This document shows, piece by piece, positions 1-9,849 of a stretch of DNA of 64,000 bases. The DNA is taken from the NCBI GenBank assembly GCA_963840855.1, contig CAWJBB010000055.1, positions 1 to 64,000 of the forward strand. The letters are read 5' to 3'. How positions within the stretch are numbered: position 1 is the stretch's first letter; every line of letters begins with the position of its first letter. This stretch comes from an uncultured delta proteobacterium (GTDB lineage Bacteria > Desulfobacterota > Binatia > UBA9968). The notes under the pieces were generated by a model, which was given only the letters and a program-made list of their open reading frames with translations, made no database searches and was not told the origin of the DNA. The translations under genes were made by a program, and so were the position numbers.

Positions 1-83
1 CTGTCCCGCGAGCCGAGGAACCACCCCTCTACACAAACGGCAAATTTATAGTTAGAATCCTCCCTGATTGGTCCTTCTGGGTC

Positions 84-737
84 ATGAATCAATCGAAAAC
101 CAGTTTTTTATTGATGGCTGGGATCGTGGTCTCGTTGGGGATCGCTGCGGGGACTTTTTTGTGGCTGAAGCTCGCGCCCAGGCCGCCGGCGTGGAACGCC
201 CCGGCGCTCGAAGGCTTGAATAATTACGGCGCCGTGCCGCAATTTTCCCTCGTGGAGCGCAGCGGCAAAAGCGTGACTTTAGCGGACTTACGCGGCAAGG
301 TTTGGATCGCCGATTTTATCTACACCACTTGCCAGGACACCTGCCCGATGCAAAGCGCGGCCATGACGAAGTTGCAAGAACAATGGGCCGACAAACCAAA
401 TCTCAAGCTGGTATCGTTTTCCGTGGACCCGGAGCGGGATACGCCGGCGGTGCTGTCTCGCTACGCTGAACGCTTCAAGGCGGATAAGGACCGCTGGCTG
501 TTTGTGACCGGCGACAAGGAACAGATCGCGCACCTGGTTCAAGGAGGTTTTCGCCTGAGCGCCGCCGCGCTCACCGACGGCAAAAGCACGGAACCCGTCA
601 TTATTCACAGCCCAAGATTCGTCCTCATCGACCGGAAAAATGAAATTCGCGGTTACTACGACAGCCGCGATAGTACGGCGCTGGAGCGTTTGAATAAAGA
701 CGTTGCGACATTAATCAATGGCAAAGGGAGTAGTTGA
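84..737 (+). CDS. SCO1/SenC family copper chaperone (membrane-anchored)
   Basis: N-terminal TM helix; FIYTTCQDTCP (CxxxC); SVDPERDTP; conserved His in IIHS. Confidence 0.92.
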   Translation: MNQSKTSFLLMAGIVVSLGIAAGTFLWLKLAPRPPAWNAPALEGLNNYGAVPQFSLVERSGKSVTLADLRGKVWIADFIYTTCQDTCPMQSAAMTKLQEQWADKPNLKLVSFSVDPERDTPAVLSRYAERFKADKDRWLFVTGDKEQIAHLVQGGFRLSAAALTDGKSTEPVIIHSPRFVLIDRKNEIRGYYDSRDSTALERLNKDVATLINGKGSS

Positions 738-738
738 C

Positions 739-1617
739 ATGGCGAACGCGGCCAAAGATAGAAAAGGCAAGAGCAAAACCGCTGCGCAAGCGACGGCGCA
801 AGCCGGGCCGAACTGGCCGATACTCGCCCTCGCCGTAATCGGCATGGGCTTGAGCGGTTATTTGACCTATTCCGCCTGGGCGCTCAAGCAACTAGCCGGC
901 TGCACGGAGGGAAGCGCGTGCGACATCGTTCTGAGTAGCCAATGGTCCTCGCTATTCGGCATGCCGACCGCATTCTGGGGCTTTCTCACTTACGCTCTTC
1001 TCGCCGCCATCGCCTGGAACAAGCGCACCGAAGCGCAATGGAAGACCGCGTGGCTAGTATCCCTCTTCGGCGTACTTTATAGTCTTTACTTGACCGGTAT
1101 TTCATTCTATTCGCTGGACGCGGCCTGCCCCTACTGTTTGACATCGTTGGGACTGATGAGCGCGATTTTCGCCGTCACCTTGTGGCAGCGGCCAAAACGA
1201 ATGGTTGGTTTTACTTGGGGGCCGTGGCTGGCCAAGAGCGTCGTTCCGGCGCTAGCCGTGATCGTGGCGCTGCATTTGCACTACGCCGGCTACTGGGGCA
1301 AGACCGCCGCCGCGGAAGATCCCTGGATCCGCGGTCTGGCGGTCCATCTAACCAAGATCGACGCCAAGTTTTACGGCGCCTTTTGGTGCCCACACTGCAA
1401 GCAGCAAAAAGAAATGTTCGGCAGCTCGGTTGACCGAGTACCCTACATCGAATGCAGTCCCGGGGGACAGAGGGCTCCGGTGGCACAAGTTTGCAAGGAC
1501 GCGCGTATCGACACTTACCCCACCTGGGTGATCACCGGGCAGCGCTACAGCGGCACCCAAACTCTGGAGGCTCTGGCGCAGCTTAGCAACTATAAACTGG
1601 ACGGCGCCAAGCGATGA
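739..1617 (+). CDS. Vitamin K epoxide reductase (VKOR) family protein fused to a thioredoxin-like domain
   Basis: Loop Cys pair CTEGSAC, membrane CPYC, C-terminal WCPHC and YPTW; ATG at 739 directly after the SCO stop. Confidence 0.9.
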   Translation: MANAAKDRKGKSKTAAQATAQAGPNWPILALAVIGMGLSGYLTYSAWALKQLAGCTEGSACDIVLSSQWSSLFGMPTAFWGFLTYALLAAIAWNKRTEAQWKTAWLVSLFGVLYSLYLTGISFYSLDAACPYCLTSLGLMSAIFAVTLWQRPKRMVGFTWGPWLAKSVVPALAVIVALHLHYAGYWGKTAAAEDPWIRGLAVHLTKIDAKFYGAFWCPHCKQQKEMFGSSVDRVPYIECSPGGQRAPVAQVCKDARIDTYPTWVITGQRYSGTQTLEALAQLSNYKLDGAKR

Positions 1618-2087
1618 GAAATATGGTAATGCCGCTCAAGGTAACGATGGCCGTAGCATCCGCGCTCTTCGCCATTTTGACGCCGTGGCCAATCCAAGCC
1701 GATCCGGCAAAATATCCGCAGTTCGCCCAACAGAAACCGGCTGAGAACATCAAGCTGCAATTCATCTCGGTCGACGACCTGGTTGCGGACATAAAAAAGG
1801 GCGCAAAGCCGCTGATCATCGACGTGCGCTCAGCGGAAGAATTCAACGAGTCGCATATCTTGGGTGCCCGGTCAGCGCCGTTGGCGCAATTTCGCGATCA
1901 CATCAAAACTATTCCGCGCGATCGCGTCACGATTCTATATTGAGCTTGCCCACATCACCTGGCCAGTTTGGCCTATGGCATCCTCTACGAAGAAGGCTAC
2001 CGCAACATGAAAATTCTCGACGAAGGAATCGTCGGCTGGCAAGATAAGCGCTATCCGATGGAGGGGACGAGAATCCCCAAACCCTAG
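1614..2087 (+). CDS. Exported rhodanese-domain protein, probable selenoprotein (TGA 1941-1943 = Sec; 157 aa)
   Basis: Signal peptide; [18 protein letters not shown]; ILY-TGA-ACPHH then the frame continues ...[24 protein letters not shown]... to TAG 2085-2087, completing the rhodanese fold 2 nt before queC. Confidence 0.88.
1944..1980 (+). promoter_or_regulatory. Putative bacterial SECIS hairpin
   Basis: GGCCA-GTT-TGGCC (1961-1973) starts 17 nt after the TGA, with G first in the loop; outer TGCC(1947-50)/GGCA(1977-80) pairing. Confidence 0.6.
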
Positions 2088-2089
2088 CG

Positions 2090-2824
2090 ATGGCCAGCAA
2101 GCGGGCAGTCGTTCTTCTGAGCGGCGGCATCGACTCCGCCACCGCCGCCGCGATGGCGCGCCAACAAGGCTTTGAGATTCATGCCCTTAGCTTTCGATAC
2201 GGGCAGAGACATGAATGCGAACTCGCGGCGGCGCAAAAGGTCGCGGCCTTTCTCGGCGCCGCTTCACACCGCGTCATGGAGTTCGATATGCGCGTCATCG
2301 GCGGTTCGGCACTTACCGACCGGATGGATGTTCCCAAAGGACGGAGCTCGGACGAAATCGCCCATGGCATCCCCATAACCTACGTGCCGGCGCGCAATAC
2401 TATATTTCTCTCCTTCGGTCTGGCCCTGGCGGAACGCATCGAGGCGGAGGATATTTTTTTCGGCGCCAACCAGTTAGACTACAGCGGCTATCCCGACTGC
2501 CGCGAAGAGTATATGCAAGCCTTTGAACGGATGGCGAATTTCGCGACCCGGGCCGGCGTCGAGGGCCGCAGCCGCATCAAAATAAACGTTCCTTTGATTC
2601 ACATGACCAAAGCCGAGATCGTCCAACAAGGACTGGCGCTGGGCCTCGATTACGCGCTCACCTGGAGTTGTTACGATCCGGCCCCGGATGGCCGCGCCTG
2701 CGGGCTCTGCGACAGTTGCCAGTTGAGATTAAAAGGCTTCAAGTGGCGGCGGGCATTCCGATCCGATTGCCTATGCCATATAAAGTATTGGCTGTTCAAA
2801 TTCGACGTTCCTGAGGTCTTCTAA
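2090..2824 (+). CDS. queC: 7-cyano-7-deazaguanine synthase QueC (3' frameshift; natural end probably DPIAYAI* at 2783)
   Basis: [47 protein letters not shown]. Confidence 0.93.
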   Translation: MASKRAVVLLSGGIDSATAAAMARQQGFEIHALSFRYGQRHECELAAAQKVAAFLGAASHRVMEFDMRVIGGSALTDRMDVPKGRSSDEIAHGIPITYVPARNTIFLSFGLALAERIEAEDIFFGANQLDYSGYPDCREEYMQAFERMANFATRAGVEGRSRIKINVPLIHMTKAEIVQQGLALGLDYALTWSCYDPAPDGRACGLCDSCQLRLKGFKWRRAFRSDCLCHIKYWLFKFDVPEVF

Positions 2825-4796
2825 AGTTACCACTCGCTTGATGCGCTTTTCCGAGTCTACGATGGGGATTACCTGCAAATTGTGCCTGGTAAAAAGGTCT
2901 CTCAGTGCTTTTTGATCCAAATGCTCCGGCGCTGTGATCACGTCGGTGCGCATAACGTCCTGGACGGTTTTGTCGCCGGGAGTTATCAACAAATCCCTGA
3001 AAGTGACTGTCCCCAGCAGTTGCTCTTCAGAATTGGTAACGTAGGCGTAATAAAGAGTTTGACCCCGATCACGCGCATCTCTGCGTAGAAAACTTATAGC
3101 CTCGTCTACGCTCATATCAGGTCGCAAACGGACGTAGCGCGGATTTACTAGCCCTCGAGAATTTTCCTCGGCATAATCCATAAGCCCTTTGACTTCCCTG
3201 CGGGTCTTGTCATCGAGCAACGATAAAAGTCCAGCGCGTTCTTGTTCGGGGGCTTCCTGGATGACGTCCAGTGCTTCGTCAGGGGCGAGGAGCCGGATCC
3301 ACAATCTCCGTTCTCCGATCGGCAGAACTAGAATCAACTGCGCCTTATCCCTGGCACTCAGGTGCAGAAAAAAATTCTCCGCGTCATCCTGCTGGAGCAA
3401 CAAAAAGCCGTCGGCTCGCTCCCGCACAGAGAGGACAGGCCAGGCCTCGTACAGGTCGGCCAGCGCCAAGCTCTTCTCAGTCGCCTTGTCAACACCACTC
3501 TCCAAGTACATTTCCCCGGCGATGTCGTCGTACGCGAACAGCTCGGCATGGCGTCCCCAACTGATTGCGATATCTAGCTGCTTTTCGGCCTTGTCACCAA
3601 AATCAGCTTGCAGCTTGTCGTGAAAATAATCCCAAGCGACCCGCCGGTTGTCGTCCTGTTGGAGAGTTTCGTAGATCCAGGCAATGATCGGCAAGCGCAG
3701 GACCCGCCCCGCGATGATTGCTTTGCGGCCCAGAATGGTGGCGTCAGCGTAGGCGCGCCCAAGCGGCGTGAGTAACAGATCGCCCTCGTGAACCGTAATG
3801 AAACCCAGTCAGGTCCCCCGACTCCACAATGGGTAGGAGGTCATCGAGTTCGAGGACCAAATCACCGCTTATCCGGTAGAGGTCGACCCGTCCTCCCTCC
3901 TCTACGAGTTTCTCGAGCAAGCCGGCGAGGGCGCCGAGCTGTGCATTCGGTAACGCTCGGGTTACACCAGGCTGTCCAGGTTGAGTGCCAAGCGTTTCTT
4001 CTTTGGGCTTGGATTGACCGGCAACGGCTGCATACACTTTATCTACAAGGCCCTGGAAAGCGGTATCTTTGCGTTGCCGCGGCTGGCGAAGTCTGACGGG
4101 AATCTCCGTTACGATGTGACCAGGGTCTTTGCCCATGATCACGATGCGATCGGCCATCAACACGGCTTCCTCAATATTATGCGTAACCATCAGGATAGCC
4201 TTTGTAGGGATTTTCTTCTTGAGCCATAGTTCCATCAGCTCGCCCCGCAAAGCCTCGGCGGAAAGCACATCCAGGGCTGAAAATGGTTCGTCTAAACACA
4301 ACAATTCCGGTTCGACGGCCATGGCGCGGGCGAAACCAACTTTCTGTCGCATGCCGCCGGAAAGTTCGCGCGGGTAGGCTGACTCAAATCCATCCAAACC
4401 GACGATATCTATGAGTTTCAAGGCGCGTTCCCGGCGCTCAGCGGGCGCTACGCCGCGCGCTTTCAAGGCAATTTCCACGTTCTCTTGCACCGTCAGCCAG
4501 GGGTAAAGCGCAAATGTTTGAAAAACAATCGTCGTGTAGGGATTGACGCCTTTTAATGGCTGGCCATGATATGAAACCACGCCAGAAGTAGCGGCGTTTA
4601 ATCCCGCGATGATCCGCAGTAGCGTCGATTTCCCGCATCCGGATGGCCCGAGCAAGCAGACAAATTCACCCGGCTTGATATGGAGATCTATGTCTTTGAC
4701 GGCGAGAAATTCCTTGGTTTCCAGCCGGTAGGCTTTGGTGACACTTTGAAGGTCCAACAAATCGTCGGCGTCGTGGAGTGTTGTTGCAGTAATCAT
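2771..4796 (-). CDS. NitT/TauT-like ABC ATPase with AAA-associated C domain fused to MgtE N-domain + CBS pair (1-nt frameshift ~3809)
   Basis: [24 protein letters not shown]; removing one A gives [22 protein letters not shown]...[13 protein letters not shown]; then [16 protein letters not shown]...[15 protein letters not shown]...[22 protein letters not shown] (MgtE-like). Confidence 0.8.
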
Positions 4797-4815
4797 GGGA
4801 TACCTCCGATGCAGA

Positions 4816-6543
4816 TCATTCCATGCGGTAACGTTCTTCAGCCAATCTATAGAGACGACGCCAGAATGTTCGGTTAATAAAAACAACCGTGATGACCAAG
4901 GCCAATGTCGCTGCCAGCAAGAGCGCATAATCGCCGGTGCCGGTTGCCTGCGCAATCAGCGCGCCGACTCCACTCGTGGCGTGGGTTTGGCCGCCGAATT
5001 CGACATGTTCCGCCACAATGCTGGCATTCCAGGCGCCGCCGCTGGCTGTGATGGCTCCGGTGATGATGTATGGAAAGAGCGCGGGCAGGATCAAAGTCCG
5101 CCAGCGGTCGAGTGATGAAAGGCGGAGCAGATCCGTGGTGTAGAGTAGGTCTTGGGGAATGGCCGCCGCTCCGGCAATGACGTTGAACAGGAGATACCAC
5201 TGCGTTCCCATCAGCATAAGGAGCACAGCGGCGATGTTTAAACCGCCCGGCGACTGCAACAGCGCCAGCAACACCACGGGAAAAAGCGCCGTAGCCGGAA
5301 TAGATGCAACAACTTGCACGATTGGCTGAAGAAGTCCGGCGAGACGCCGGTTGGTTCCGATAAACACGCCGACCGGAATGGTCCAGATCAAGGTTATTGC
5401 CAGTGCAACGCTCACCCGGAGGAAAGTGGCGACGATCCCTTTTCCCAATTCCGCCCATGCCGAACCGGGGAGGGTAACCAACAGGGTTGCTGCTCGATAC
5501 CCTCCGTATAAAGCCAGCAAGCAAGAAAACACTTAGGATTCCCATCGCCAAGCGAGAATGTCCCGCTTCGGCGAACGGTTCAGGTGAAGTAATGAATCCG
5601 CTCGTGCGCCGTTGAAACCCTCTGTCTACCCATTCACTAAAGGGTCGCCATATGTAGGTGCCAAATTGCTCTATGAGCCAAGCGCGTGAAATCAGATCAA
5701 GAAACCACGACCTCGGCGGTTCATCGCCTTCGACCATGTCCACTTTGAATCGATCGGTCCATGCAATAAGAGGGCGCCAGACGAATTGGTCGAGCAAAAC
5801 GATCACCAAGACCAGGGTGATCACGCCCAGAAGAACAGCGTGCAGATTCCCCTCGTTAGCGGCGGTTTGTAAATACGAGCCGAGTCCCGGCAAGCGAAAA
5901 TCACGACTCCCGACGTTGAAAATTTCAGCGGCCATAAGGAAAAACCAACCCCCCGACCAACTCATCATGCTGTTCCATAGCAATCCGATGGCGGCGAAAG
6001 GGAGTTCAACTGCTTTGAATCGTAACCAGGGATCGAAGCGAAACACGGCGGCGGCTTCACGCATTTCGCTCGGAATCGTGGTCATGGATTGATAAAAACT
6101 AAAGGTCATATTCCAGGCTTGAGATGTGAAAATAAGGACGATAGCCGCAAGTTCGGCCGCAAATACTTGGGGCAGGACGGCACTAAAGCTAAGCAGGACC
6201 ACCGGCAAGAAAGAGAGAATGGGCACACTTTGTAGCACGTCCAGCACGGGCATGAGCACCGTTCGCGCAGTGCGGTTGCGCGCGGCCGCGTAACCATAGA
6301 ATAAGCTGAACAGCATGGACAGAAAATATGCAGCCGCCATCCGTCCGACGGAGAGCAGAGCATACCAAGGCAACGCAAGAGGCGAGAGAGATATATCCGG
6401 CCCTGCGATAACTGCAGGAACCCGGATGGCTAGACGTATGCCCGCGTAAAGTATGGTGGCGATGCCCAATACTCAGGATCGCATCGCCAAGAGTGAACGT
6501 CAGGGCGTTCAGGAAGAGCCGGACTAAAACGGAATGGCCGCAT
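4816..6543 (-). CDS. ABC transporter permease with two fused BPD_transp_1 domains (frameshifts ~5530, ~6470, ~6500)
   Basis: LDVLQSVPILSFLP, FTSQAWNMTFSFYQS, WNSMMSWSGGWFFL, ASIPATALFP, GTQWYLLFNVIAG, ASGGAWNASIVAE; ORFs 4874..6469 and 4816..5532 join across an indel. Confidence 0.82.
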
Positions 6544-6618
6544 GATCGACCCCAGGCTCAAGGACCGTCCCGTACTCCGGAATGACAGCCAAGCCCGAGA
6601 GGGGTGCGGCGTCAGGTA

Positions 6619-6669
6619 TTAAACGGGACGATAGTTGCTACGTAAATGTGGATTATCGGACGAATCCAT
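6619..6669 (-). CDS. Putative leader peptide MDSSDNPHLRSNYRPV
   Basis: ATG 6669 to TAA 6619, just downstream of a sigma70-like promoter; its last codons overlap one arm of an 8-bp inverted repeat (6623-6630 / 6566-6573). Confidence 0.5.
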   Translation of the reverse strand: MDSSDNPHLRSNYRPV

Positions 6670-6682
6670 ATATTCTCGTAAA

Positions 6683-6711
6683 ACAATAAGCCCACGTGAA
6701 CTGCGAGTCAA
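6683..6711 (-). promoter_or_regulatory. sigma70-like promoter of the ABC operon
   Basis: Minus strand TTGACT-17 nt-TATTGT. Confidence 0.55.
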
Positions 6712-7127
6712 GGCAAATTTAACGACTTGCGTGGTTGCAGACATACAACAAGTAAGTCCGGATAATTTGGCTAAGCAATGTGATTCAGAAAACGTTTTCT
6801 ACGTCGTCAAATACTTTGCGGGCAGGCAATCATATTGGTCAACAGAACGGTAACAGGAAAAGCGATTTTCTACGACCTGCAAAAACGAGTCCGCCAGGGC
6901 GACTGCACCGATCAGCATGAAACTCAAGTTCGGTCTAATCCCGGTGGCGATAGTGTTCGCACCGCGACCGCGGCGACCGCAATGTTCGCCACTTGGCCGC
7001 AAGCATCATGCGCCTTTGACTTTACCCTTTGGTAGTTTCTCTCTTTGAGCCTATACTATGTCTTCGTTATTGTAGATATAATGGCAACGGGACGAGATAA
7101 CATCTCCGGATAAATGAGATTCATTGC

Positions 7128-8021
7128 ATGTTGCCCGAACCGTTTACTCCAGCTTTCTTGAGCCAGCTCGAGACCCTCCGGTTGCGCACGCGCAAGGAAT
7201 TTCTCGGCGGCCACTCCGGCAGCTATGGGTCGCCGCGGCGCGGCACCAGTTTGGAATTCGCCGACTACCGCCGCTATGCTCCCGGCGATGACCTGCGTTA
7301 CCTGGACTGGGGCATCTATGCCCGCAGCGACCGGCTTTACGTCAAATTGTTTCGCGAGGAAGTAGACCTTTTTGCGTACGTCTTCATCGATGCCAGCGCC
7401 TCTATGGCGTTCCCTTCGGTGCGGGAAAAATTCTTGCCGGCGAGCCATATCGCCGCGGCGCTCTCCTATGTCGTGCTGGCCAACCACGATCATGTGAAGA
7501 TTCATCTCTTGGGCGAGCCATCGGCCAGCATCTCCTCGCCGTTCTATCGCGGCCGGCGCCGGATGGTGGACTGCGTGCAATTTACCGCGGCAACGACACC
7601 TTCCGGTCGGATGGATATGGCGGCATCGCTGGCGCATCATTTGCAGAAACTGCGCCGGCCCGGAAAAGCAATTCTAATTTCCGATTTTTTGATCCCGGCG
7701 GCATCTTACCAACAGGGATTGAATCTCCTGCGCGCTTTTAATCTCGATATCGCCGTCATTCAGGTGCTCACCCGCCTGGAAGTGGAGCCACCCTTTGCCA
7801 GCGGTGGGGTAAATCTCATCGACAGCGAAACCAACGCCGAGATCAAATTCCAATGGGACGATCGCGCGCGTCAGCACTACCAGGCGAAGCTGGCGCAGCA
7901 TAATTCAGAAATTCGCAGCTTCTGCCACCAGAGCGGCATTCATTACTCGCTTTATGTCACCGACCGCGATTTCAGCGGTTTCATCTTCGCGACGCTACCG
8001 GCCATCGGGCTCTTCAAATAA
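7128..8021 (+). CDS. DUF58 domain protein (MoxR-associated vWA-like)
   Basis: GTSLEFADYRRYAPGDDLRYLDW, IDASASM, ILISDF. Confidence 0.92.
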   Translation: MLPEPFTPAFLSQLETLRLRTRKEFLGGHSGSYGSPRRGTSLEFADYRRYAPGDDLRYLDWGIYARSDRLYVKLFREEVDLFAYVFIDASASMAFPSVREKFLPASHIAAALSYVVLANHDHVKIHLLGEPSASISSPFYRGRRRMVDCVQFTAATTPSGRMDMAASLAHHLQKLRRPGKAILISDFLIPAASYQQGLNLLRAFNLDIAVIQVLTRLEVEPPFASGGVNLIDSETNAEIKFQWDDRARQHYQAKLAQHNSEIRSFCHQSGIHYSLYVTDRDFSGFIFATLPAIGLFK

Positions 8022-9838
8022 TGGAATTCCTCAATCCCATCGCGCTCTATGGGCTTTTCACCCTGCCGCTATTGCTGATCCCGTATCTATTGCGGCGCAA
8101 GCCGCGGCGCTATGTTTTTTCCAGTTTGCTGATTTTCGCGGCGATGGGTGCCGACCCCACTGTCCGCCCTTGGGGACGACTGCGATTGCCGCTGATATTT
8201 TTCCTTCAACTGCTGCTCCTCGCTCTGATGATCATCGCCCTGGGAGAGCCGGTCTTCACCGCGCGTCCGAGCAGGGTCGCCATCGTCATGGACAACTCGG
8301 CCAGCATGCAGGCCCTGGAAGATGGCAAGCCGCGCTTTGTCCTGGCACGGGAAAAGGCAGCGGATATCTTCGCCGAATTGGGCTCCGGCGCGGTGTTGGA
8401 CCTCTATCTCACCGCGCCGCGGTTGGAGCGCTTCGGTGGCGTGAGCTTCTCTCCGTCCGAAGCCGCCCGCGCGCTCCATGGTCTAAAGCCCGTCGATCTT
8501 GGCGAAGCGCCGTTGGATTACAACAACGCCCTCGGCCAACTGGCGCGGGAACAAAAGTATGACCGCGTCTATCTCATCACCGACCGGCCGGCGCGCGGTC
8601 ACAGCGGGGCGGCCCGCGTTGTGACGGTCGGACGACCGCGGGCCAATTTCGCGATTACTTCCTTTGGCGTGCATCATGGTTCGCTCGCGGACGCGCGCTT
8701 GAACGCAAGCGCCGAAATAGCCAACTTTTCATCCAGCGACGCGCGCTTAAAAATAACCCTCAGGGGCGGCGGCGCGCCGCTTGCCACGCGAGATCTGGCC
8801 ATCGCCGCCGGCGGCTATGCCAGCGCCAGCTTCGAGGGACTGCCGCTCCATGCCTATTTTGAAGCGGAAATCGATTCGCGCGACGCCTTGGACCTCGATA
8901 ACCGGAGCTTTGCCGTAGCCTCCACCACGAAAATGCTGCGTATCCTGGGAATATCGCCGCGGCCACAGGAACTTAACAGCCTGCGCGCCATCACCGGCGT
9001 CGACCTGGACATCGTCGCGCCCGCCGATTACGAGAAAAGCGACCGCTCTCGTTACGGCTTGGAGATTTTTCATTTCGCGGCGCCCGCCGTTCTACCGCGC
9101 AACTCGGCATTGTTCATTCTCCCGCCGAACCAAAGCGAGTTGGTGGATCTACGGGAATGGGCCACCAACCTGTCGGTGTCAGGATGGCGCGAAGGCCATC
9201 CGCTAACGCGTTACGTGAATTTCGCGCTCTTTCGGCCCCGTTACGCCCGCCCGCTCAAACCAAAATTGCCTGGAGAAAATATCGTTCTAAGCGCGGAAGG
9301 ATCTCTGGTTTTCGCGACGATGAAACATGGCCTCCGTTATCTGGTTCTAGGCTTCGATCCCTTTCCCTTCCTGGGGCAAGAGAATCTCCCCATGTCTATA
9401 TTTACCGTGAACATGATCGACTGGTTTTTCGCTTTTTCCGGCGCGCGCGGCAAAGCCACGGGCCAACCGATCCCGGTGAGCGCCGCCCAGTCCGGCGACC
9501 AAATCATCACGCCGGCCGGCGAGAGGTTTCCCCTTCGCCCCGGCGCCACTGCCTTCCAGGCGACCCGATATCAAGGTATCTATCAATTGATGCGCCAGAG
9601 TGAGAAGAGCCTCATCGCCGTGAATCTGCGCGATGTCAATGAATCAGACCTACGCCGGCCGGCCCCCATCGAACTCGGCGGCGAAAGCGATGCCAGGAGC
9701 AGCGAATCCACCCTAATGCCGTTCTGGCCCTATTTCTTGTTGGCCGCCTTGCTATTACTCACGTTGGAATGGTTCATCAAGCCGCGCATGGCGCGCTCCA
9801 GCCGGCGCTTTGAACTCCGGCGCAGGCATGCCGTCTGA
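8021..9838 (+). CDS. BatA N-terminal + vWA domain membrane protein
   Basis: MEFLNPIAL...PLLLIPYLL; MIDAS DNSASM; LITD; C-terminal ESDL...LEW TM segment. Confidence 0.85.
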   Translation: MEFLNPIALYGLFTLPLLLIPYLLRRKPRRYVFSSLLIFAAMGADPTVRPWGRLRLPLIFFLQLLLLALMIIALGEPVFTARPSRVAIVMDNSASMQALEDGKPRFVLAREKAADIFAELGSGAVLDLYLTAPRLERFGGVSFSPSEAARALHGLKPVDLGEAPLDYNNALGQLAREQKYDRVYLITDRPARGHSGAARVVTVGRPRANFAITSFGVHHGSLADARLNASAEIANFSSSDARLKITLRGGGAPLATRDLAIAAGGYASASFEGLPLHAYFEAEIDSRDALDLDNRSFAVASTTKMLRILGISPRPQELNSLRAITGVDLDIVAPADYEKSDRSRYGLEIFHFAAPAVLPRNSALFILPPNQSELVDLREWATNLSVSGWREGHPLTRYVNFALFRPRYARPLKPKLPGENIVLSAEGSLVFATMKHGLRYLVLGFDPFPFLGQENLPMSIFTVNMIDWFFAFSGARGKATGQPIPVSAAQSGDQIITPAGERFPLRPGATAFQATRYQGIYQLMRQSEKSLIAVNLRDVNESDLRRPAPIELGGESDARSSESTLMPFWPYFLLAALLLLTLEWFIKPRMARSSRRFELRRRHAV

Positions 9839-9849
9839 AACAGTAGCCA

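Noticed and set aside
2090-2824. queC as part of a 7-deazaguanine DNA-modification or QatABCD defence system
   Set aside because: Canonical housekeeping-type QueC; no dpdA, qat or TatD partners nearby
6544-6669. M-box (ykoK) or other known riboswitch in the ABC leader
   Set aside because: No consensus recognised by eye; a uORF plus stem explains the region better (an Rfam scan would settle it)
6720-7120. Short ORFs between the ABC promoter and DUF58
   Set aside because: No recognisable motif or RBS; may be a decayed fragment but cannot be supported
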